DNA from: Eledone cirrhosa
Taxonomy: Eukaryota
Length of the DNA stretch: 64,000 nucleotides
Direction of reading: 5' to 3'
Assembly: GCA_964016885.1 (NCBI GenBank)
Contig: OZ024747.1
Span: 56,172,001-56,236,000 of the forward strand
Below, in pieces: positions 55,343 through 64,000 of this stretch. Below the pieces are notes generated by a model, which worked only from the letters and a program-made list of their open reading frames with translations, made no database searches and was not told the origin of the DNA. The position numbers were made by a program, and so were the translations under genes. Each line of letters begins with the position of its first letter. Position 1 is the stretch's first letter.

Positions 55343-55957
55343 GTATGAATACAGACACACACATGCTCATATATATGTATGTACCACTATTTTAATCTGA
55401 CATTTGGCATTTAAATTGCCTTTTTCAGTTTTTGCCTTGTCGATCTTAATCTGTCTTGTCACTGAATATGTATTTTTAATATATATACTTTTGATATAAC
55501 TTTTTTAGACTTCCTATTTACTTTATATATATTCCATATGTACTTCATACTTCAAATATATTTATTTAATTTATATATATATACTTTATATATGTGTTAT
55601 ATATACCTTATATTTATTTACGTATATATTTATATATAATTTATATATTTTTTTGTTGTTTTTATATGTACTTTATAGTTATTTTATATATATTTAATAT
55701 TTTTTCTCCTTCATGTTTCTGTCGCAAGAATGTTAGAGGTTATTATGACAATTTTTTAGTAAATGTCCTTTAATTTAAATGGTGTACTAAAATTCTTCTT
55801 CACAGCAATGCCTGCAATTTGCTTGTAAGAAACAGAATCAAAGTGCAAAGTACAAAACAGAATCAAATCTGTTTAGTCAGGTAAGGAATGGTTCATGACC
55901 GCTATCTAAGACCTCTGAGACTCTAGAGAGGGGATAGTTGGGAAGGTATTTGCCATC

Positions 55958-56247
55958 CGAATAGAGATCATATCACCAATACTATGGGCATGTGGCTAGA
56001 ATGTCTCAGGAAAGAATCGCTGGACAGATTTTATGGTAAAAACCACCCAGCAGGAGACCCAGGGGTAGACCCCAAGCAAGATGGTTGTAAAACATCCATG
56101 AACTTGGCTGGTCTTGCTTGGGGATCCAGCTGGATCAGTTGGAGACAGTTGCTTCTGACAGGACCCACTGGAGGGAGTGTTTGAGGACTGTGCTCCCCCA
56201 CTATCCTCTCAGGAATAAGTGGGAGAAGAAGAAGAAGAAGAAGAAGA
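55958..56247 (+). mobile_element. RTE-like LINE 3' end with a (GAA)n tail
   Basis: Homologous to 32408-32745 and 47683-47928. Confidence 0.8.
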
Positions 56248-56477
56248 GACCTGGCCTAATTATTTGCAACAGCGTAGGATTCTCAGAAATACATATAAAT
56301 ACTGGGTAACAGTATTGAACTGATTGATTGATTTAGTTAACTGCTCAAGTGAGACAGCAGTGTTTAAATTCACAAGGCAAAGGAGGAATCGGTTCTGGCC
56401 AGATGTGAAATATAAGTTACATTTCATTTAGCTATGGGCCCAAGTCAATTATGAAATGTAGTCCCACATCTGAACCA

Positions 56478-56622
56478 ATAATTGTTTCTACTTTAGGCAC
56501 AAGGCCAGCAATTACCCAGTGCATTACTGGTACTTTATTTTATCAACCCTGTAAGGATGAAAGGCAAAGTCAACCTCGGCGGGATTTGAACTCAGATCAC
56601 AAAGGGACGTAACTATGCTGGA
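56478..56622 (-). mobile_element. SINE family B, 5'-truncated
   Basis: Reverse-complement homolog flanked by a gaaccaataat direct repeat (probable TSD). Confidence 0.85.
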
Positions 56623-58056
56623 ACCAATAATAAGTCCATACCAGTTGTGAAATGTAGTTCAAATTTCATCTGGTAATATTCACAGGTGAGATATTAAATG
56701 TAGGTCACGGTTTGAACTGTTCATTAAGTATCTTGGTAATTAGTGCTAAATAGATATGATTTATATGTGGTATACAAGTACATATATGTACCTGTAGAGT
56801 ATATTTTATATTTAAAATTACAGAAACAGAATAAAAGAGCAACAATAACATTTATACAGAGGTACTTTTAGACAAAATATCCCCTCTTTGCATTTAAGAG
56901 GAACAATGAAATGACTCCCTGTCTGATTCCAATGAGGAGTACTACAGTTGTTTGATCATTGGAATGAGCGACTCAGTAAATTACTATGTAGGTTACTGAT
57001 TACAGACATGTTTACCTTTAATATAAATCTTTTGGAGGTGCAGCTTGAGACCTTATGTGACAGGGATGGCAATTTGAATTACAAGTACAGTCCATTTAAT
57101 AAGATTTTTGAAAAAGTTTTATTTTGTAGTAGAGTTTTATAATCATGGAGAAAAAGAGAGCCACATTGGAAAGAACTATAAATGACATGGAAGGGAAGGG
57201 AAGAGCTTCAAAGACAAAGGAAGATAGAAAGGGGGATAGGGAGAGGGTGATAGACTCTACATCTAGGTCAAAGCAGTGTTTTGGCTGCACACTGTGGACA
57301 AAATGGCATAGGCATTTCCATGGACAATGGCTAACAACAGCCACTGATGATGGAGTCAATGAAGATAATGATGATGATGGTGATGTTGGTGGAGGTGATG
57401 TTGATGATCTTAAATGATTGTCAAATGTCTAATAGGGTTTGTCTGTAGGAATCTTTCACTGTTTTTGCAATGTTTTTTAAAAGTATCATCACATGCCTCC
57501 TCCTTCACCCCTCCTCCTTCTTCACCTCCTCCTTCTTTTTCTTCTTCTTCTTCTTCTTCTTCTTCTTCTTCTTCTTCTTCTTCACCTCGTCCTCCTTCTT
57601 CTTATTCTTGTCCTCCTCCTTCTCATTCTTCTTCTTCTTCACCTCCTCCTTCTCCTTCCCCTCCACCATCTCCCCCCACCCTGTCTCATTAAATTTACTG
57701 AAGCTATTTAAAAGCATCACACAGAGACAGAGAGTGCAAAACAATGACAGAGAAACAATTCAATAAATCAAAACAACAACAACAACAACAACAACAGCAA
57801 CAATAATAATAATAATGACAATAACAATAAATGAATAAATACATGGAGTGAAAAGAGAAATTTGAAAAGTAAAAATGCAAATATAAAAAGTGAAAAGTAA
57901 AAACATGTGAAATGAATTGAAATACAAGAAGAGGAATAAAATAGAAGAGATGTAATAAAGAAAAGAGCAAAAATAACTAAACATATAAAGGTATTTAAAA
58001 TGGAATAATGTATGAGTGTATATATATATATACATACATGTATATATATATATATT

Positions 58057-58116
<60 letters not shown>

Positions 58117-58153
58117 AGTGTGTGTGTGTATATATGCATATATATATATACAC

Positions 58154-58187
<34 letters not shown>

Positions 58188-58353
58188 ATATATATGCATG
58201 TGTGTGTACACATGTGCATACATATATATACTTACATGAACAGATACACATGTATATATATGCACACAGCTGTATACATATACATACTTACATTCACAGA
58301 CACATGTATATATATATTTATATATATATATGCTCACATAGAGACATACATGC

Positions 58354-58405
<52 letters not shown>

Positions 58406-58422
58406 TCACATAGAGACATACA

Positions 58423-58481
<59 letters not shown>

Positions 58482-59019
58482 GTCTGTGTGCCTGTCTTTA
58501 TGTCACATAACTTAGTGGTTCAACAAAAAAAGAGATTGATAAAATAAGTATCTGAAGTAATAAGTACAAAGGTCAATATAAGTAATTAAATGACGGCTGT
58601 GCCCCAGCATGGCCGCATTCTAGTAAATGAAACCATTAAAATTATTTTTAAAATATGTAGACATGCAGTGAAGTAAATAAACATATAACTGTTCTTTGAT
58701 ATTATTAAAATGTTCCACCAATATTTCTCCACCACAACCTATACCACAGATATTTCTACCACCACCACCAACATTACTGCTATTACAACCTTTCCTATCA
58801 CCACCCCCTCTACCAGCTTTAAACATACAACCAACCCCATGAACACCTTTCACACCACCACCTCCCTTGTGTGTTTTCTCTGTAATTTAACAAAACAGCT
58901 TTGAAATGATATAATGAAATAAACTAAATGTAGAAGTGAAAAAAATAAAATAATATTATATATATATATATATATTTTTTTTTTTATTTATTAAAATAAC
59001 AGATTAGACACACACAAAC

Positions 59020-59051
<32 letters not shown>

Positions 59052-59226
59052 ATATATATGTGTGTGCATGTAGGCATGCATGCATGTTTGTATATGTGCT
59101 TTACAATGCTTTTATTTCACAAGTCATACAGTCAATGTATTATGTGTATGTTCTTTGTATGTTCTTTGTATGTTTATATATATATATAAACACACTTTGG
59201 ATTTTAGTCTTCAAATTTATTATTAT

Positions 59227-59285
<59 letters not shown>

Positions 59286-59384
59286 TATATATATAATAAT
59301 ATATATATATACACATATACACACATATATATACACATATATATATATACTTAAATATACATATATTTACATGCTTGTATGCAT

Positions 59385-59420
<36 letters not shown>

Positions 59421-59661
59421 ATGCATACATGCATGTAAATATATGTATATTTAAGTATATATATATGTGTATATATGTGTGTATATATATATATATATGT
59501 ATATACACACACATATATATATATATATGTGTGTGTATGTTTGTATATATGTATATATGTATAAATACGCACGCATATATGTGCATATTTAAAAATTAAT
59601 AGCCGTGAAAATAGAAATAGAAACCAACCAATAAGTTAACCCCCTGTGTATATATATGTTG

Positions 59662-59709
<48 letters not shown>

Positions 59710-60138
59710 ATATGTTTACAATTGTGTAAAAAAACCTACATGAAACGTCTGACTTGTTAAATAAAACAATTGTAAAACAATCACATACACAAACATGTAT
59801 TCACGCATATAGTGACACATATATGCGTAATACATATACATATATATATTTATATATATGTGTGTATGTGTGTGTGTGCGCGTGAGAGAGAGAGTGTGTG
59901 TGAGTGTGTGTGTGTATTGAGACATGTGAAATATATAAAAAAAAATGGCGACCGTAAAATTTTACTGTTTAGTGATTAAAGAGAGAGTATCTTCTACATG
60001 ATTTGTGAAATGTCTCATACTTCTTTTCCATCATCCACTTAAAGATGTTCTTCTCCTTTTAAATATTGTCTCCACTTAACATACACACACATATACTTAG
60101 ATACACACAAACACACATATATATATACATATATATAC

Positions 60139-60169
<31 letters not shown>

Positions 60170-60392
60170 TCTGTGAGCATGTAGGTATGCACGCATGTTT
60201 GTATATGTGCTTTACAATGCTTTTATTTCACAAGTCATACAGTCAATGTATTATGTGTATGTTCTTTGTATGTTCTTTGTATGTTTATATATATATATAA
60301 ACATGTATGTATGTGTGCATATATATATATATATATACATACAAACATATATATACATACAGATATGTATATATATATACACATATATATAC

Positions 60393-60423
<31 letters not shown>

Positions 60424-60983
60424 TAAATATATATGTGTGTCTGTGTATATATACATATATATATACGTATATATGTATATATATATATATACATACATAT
60501 AAAATCTAAAAGACAAAGCTATATTCTTTTGTTACATTCACAGAACTCCCCCAACCCTTTCCAGTATATATTTATCATTTTATTTTAAAATTTTATCTGT
60601 ATCATTTTATCTCATCTTTTATCTTATTCTTCTTAACATCTTCTATTTTATTATTTGAATTTCTTCTTTAAATTGTTCAACAAAATTTGTTTTCTTTCTT
60701 TAAAATTTTTACTGATTTATTTACTTAATTCTCCATTTGCTTGTCAATGTTTATTTTTAAATTTATTTTGTTGAAATTTTCCTTATTTGTTTATTGTCCC
60801 ATTTTTAACTTATTTTATTCGTATTTTTACAATAAATTTCTTTATTTTGCTACAAAATTTTTAGGTTATTTTTTCATTTTCTGCTTTACAATTTTACATT
60901 TTACATCTTTTTATATTTTTCTAATTTACTTTGTATCTTTTCTGTTTTATTTCTGACATTTTTAGTTTAATTTATTTTTCTAT

Positions 60984-61150
60984 TCTTTTACTGCTTTCCG
61001 TCATTACACTGTATCCATGCTGGGGCACCACCTTGAAGGAATTTTTGATTTTTGTTGATTAAACTGACTCCATTATGTATTTATTTCAAGTCTGGTACAT
61101 ATTTGATCATTCTCCTTTTGTCGGAGTGCTAAGTTACATGACATAAACAC
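60984..61150 (-). mobile_element. Older SINE-like repeat (also at 58500-58640 +, 61215-61308 -)
   Basis: Shared aacttag..gat(c/a)aaata..tgccccagcatgg motif. Confidence 0.6.
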
Positions 61151-64000
61151 AGACATGAGCACAAAAATAAGCAGAGACGCATAGACAAACAAACACACAT
61201 ATATACACTTGTATGCTTTTATTGGTTTCAATCATTACACAGTGGCCATACTGGAGCATTTTATTTGATCCTATTGACCACAGTACTAATTTATTTCAAG
61301 TCCAGTACATATAGACACACACACACATATACATAGATACATACATACACGCACACATATATATGCACACACACACATGTATATATATATATACATACAC
61401 CCACATTCATACACACACACATACATACACACACATTTATATGCATGTGTATGTGTTTGTGTGTATGTATGTGTGTATATGTGCTTGTGTGTATGTATGC
61501 ATGTGTGTGTGTGTGTGTGTATCTGTGAGTGTATGTATGTGTGTGTATGTGTGTGTGTGCATGGATATATCTACGTATGTATGTGTGTGTGTGCATGGAT
61601 ATATCTACGTATGTATGTGTGTGTGCATGGATCTATCTATGTATGTATGTGTGTGTGTATGTATCTATGTGTGTGTATGTGTGTATGTATGTGTGTATGT
61701 GTGCATGTGTGGATGTATGTATGTATGTATCTGTGAGTATATGTGTGTATGTATGTGTGTATGTGTATGGATGTATGTATGTATGTGTGTGTGTGTATCT
61801 GTATGTGTGTATGTGTCTGTATGTACGTATGTGTGTGTGTGTGTACGTATGTATGTATGTATGTATGTGTGTATGTATATGTGTATGTGTATGTATCTAT
61901 CTGTGTATGTATGTATGTATGTATGTGTATGTATGTGTGCATGTATGGATGTATGTATGTATGTATCTGTGTATGTATCTGTGTGTCTATGTGTGTATGT
62001 ATGTGTGGATGTATGTATGTATGTATGTATGTATGTATGTATGTATGTATGTATGTATGTATGTATCTATGTGTGTCTATGTGTGTATGTATGTGTGGAT
62101 GTATGTATGTATGTATATGTATCTATGTGTGTGTCTTAGAAAGATTTATTTCATTTGACATTTTCTATCTTATTTGTTTTCTTCTATTATTTATATTTTC
62201 TTTAGTTTGATTTTCAGAGATTTTAAAACATATTTCTTCCATTTTTTCCTGTTTATTTATGTTTACTTTATTGTTTGTTTTTAGCAAATTTTGTTAGATT
62301 TATTTTATATTTTTTATTGTAGAAGATTTTTATTTGTGTTCTACGGAAATATATCAAGTGTGAGATCTATGTTTGGTGGGCATGGTGGGTGTGGTGAGTG
62401 TGGTGGGAGTGTGGTGGGAATGTGGTGGGTGTGGTGGGAGTGGTGGGAGTGTGTGTATAGGAGCATGTGTGTGGAGTGCTGTGGTGGGTGTGGTGGATGT
62501 GATTGGTGTGTATAGGTATGTGAGTATAGGAGTGTGTGTGTGGTGGGAGTGTGTGGTGTGGTGGGTGTGGTGGATGTGGTGGGTGTGTATAGGTATGTGT
62601 GTATAGGAGTGTGTGTGTGGTGGGTGTGGTGGATGCGGTGGATGTATAGGTATATGTGTATAGGAGTATGTGTGTGTGTGGTGGGAGTGTGTGTATAGGA
62701 CTGTGTATATGTGTGTGTGTGTGTATGTGGTGGGAGTGTATGTATAGGAGTGTGTGTGTGTGTGTTTGGTGGGAGTGTGGTGGGAGTTTGTGTGTGTTGT
62801 GTGGTGGGAGTGTGTGTATGAGAGTCTGTGTATAGGAGTGTGTGTTGTGTGGTGGGAGGATGTTTGCTTGATGTGTACATGTATGCATCAGTATTAGTGT
62901 CTGTAAGTGTTTGTGTTTGTTTGTGTGTGTGTTTGTGTGTGTGTGGTGGGAGTGTGTTTGTTTAATGTGTACATGTATGAATCAGTACTAGTGTCTGTAA
63001 GTACGTGTGTGTGTATGTGAGTATGTGTGTGTTAATATAAGTACACACATCAATGTGTTAGTTTAGTGTATATATGTATGTATGTATGTGTATAAGTGTA
63101 TGTGAGCTTTTATATTTGTATGTATATGAAACTGTACATATGTTTGTGTGTCAATATGTGTTTATGAGTATAGGTGTGCTTGTGTAGGTTTAGGTAAGTG
63201 TATGTGTAAGTTTAGGTATGTATGTATGTATAAGTGTATGTGTATAATGTGTGTATGTGTGAGTGTGTGAGTATAAGTATCTTGTTGTGTGAGTATTGGT
63301 ATGTGTGTATGTTTGTTATTTATATGTATATGTTAATAAGTGAATAAGTGTGTGTGTGTGTGTGTGTGCATAAATATGTTTACATAAATGTGTATGTATG
63401 TGTAAGAAATGGAATAAATCTAAGTATGTTTTGTGTGTGTGTGTGTATATAATTGCCTGTGTGTGTATATATCTTTTAGAACTATAAATGTGTGTGTGTG
63501 ACTGTATATGCATTTTATGTGATCAAACATGTGATCTGGGCCAATTGTGTGCAACAGTTTGAAACCATAAAAGTCATATAAGAATGTTAAACCAAGCCAG
63601 AAATGTATCATGTTTGAAATTCAGACCAGTTTTTCAAAATTAATTTCTTTAGGTCTCTGCAAAGTAACATCAATTATTTATGTCAAACAAGCATATTTGA
63701 GACATAATTATATGGTATTTTTCTGCAGAACATAAGAGGCATATACTGGATTGTCCATGTTATATTTATGTTTATATTGATATCCCTTACATCCAGTATC
63801 ATAAGAAAATAAATCAGTTTGAATAAATTATATATAACTGCTGTGAACTCTATATCCTTTTGTATATGTGAACAAATACATTTTTCATTTTTCTATTTCT
63901 AATATTTTGTTTATTATTTTTTCACTTTATTTTCAATATAATCCTTGTAATTTGTTTTACATCATACAATTCTATATACGCGATGAATTTACAGAATCAT

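Noticed and set aside
59040-60300. ~190-bp duplication (59040-59190 vs 60150-60300) as a functional element
   Set aside because: TA-flanked local duplication with no structural or coding signal.

Overview
Very AT-rich eukaryotic genomic DNA dominated by (TA)n, (CA)n, (CAT)n and (TAA)n microsatellites and tRNA-derived SINEs. The repeat landscape strongly suggests an octopus or other coleoid cephalopod (inference). No host protein-coding gene could be supported; almost all ORF-track entries are microsatellite artefacts. Recognisable coding remnants are all retroelements: a near-full but decayed Naiad-type Penelope-like element (PLE; RT plus GIY-YIG) with ~565-bp inverted terminal repeats at 21.1-25.4 kb, other PLE fragments, a 5'-truncated R4/Dong-type non-LTR element in a (TAA)n nest, and RTE, CRE and Tx1-like fragments. 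There are also three minisatellites with 28, 33 and 45 bp units. The most striking signal is a dispersed set of short fold-back (inverted-repeat) cassettes, mostly sitting in (TA)n tracts, that carry minimal type I hammerhead ribozyme motifs, often in both arms and both polarities. They belong to several unrelated sequence families, and one family has a non-canonical CAGAAGA core.
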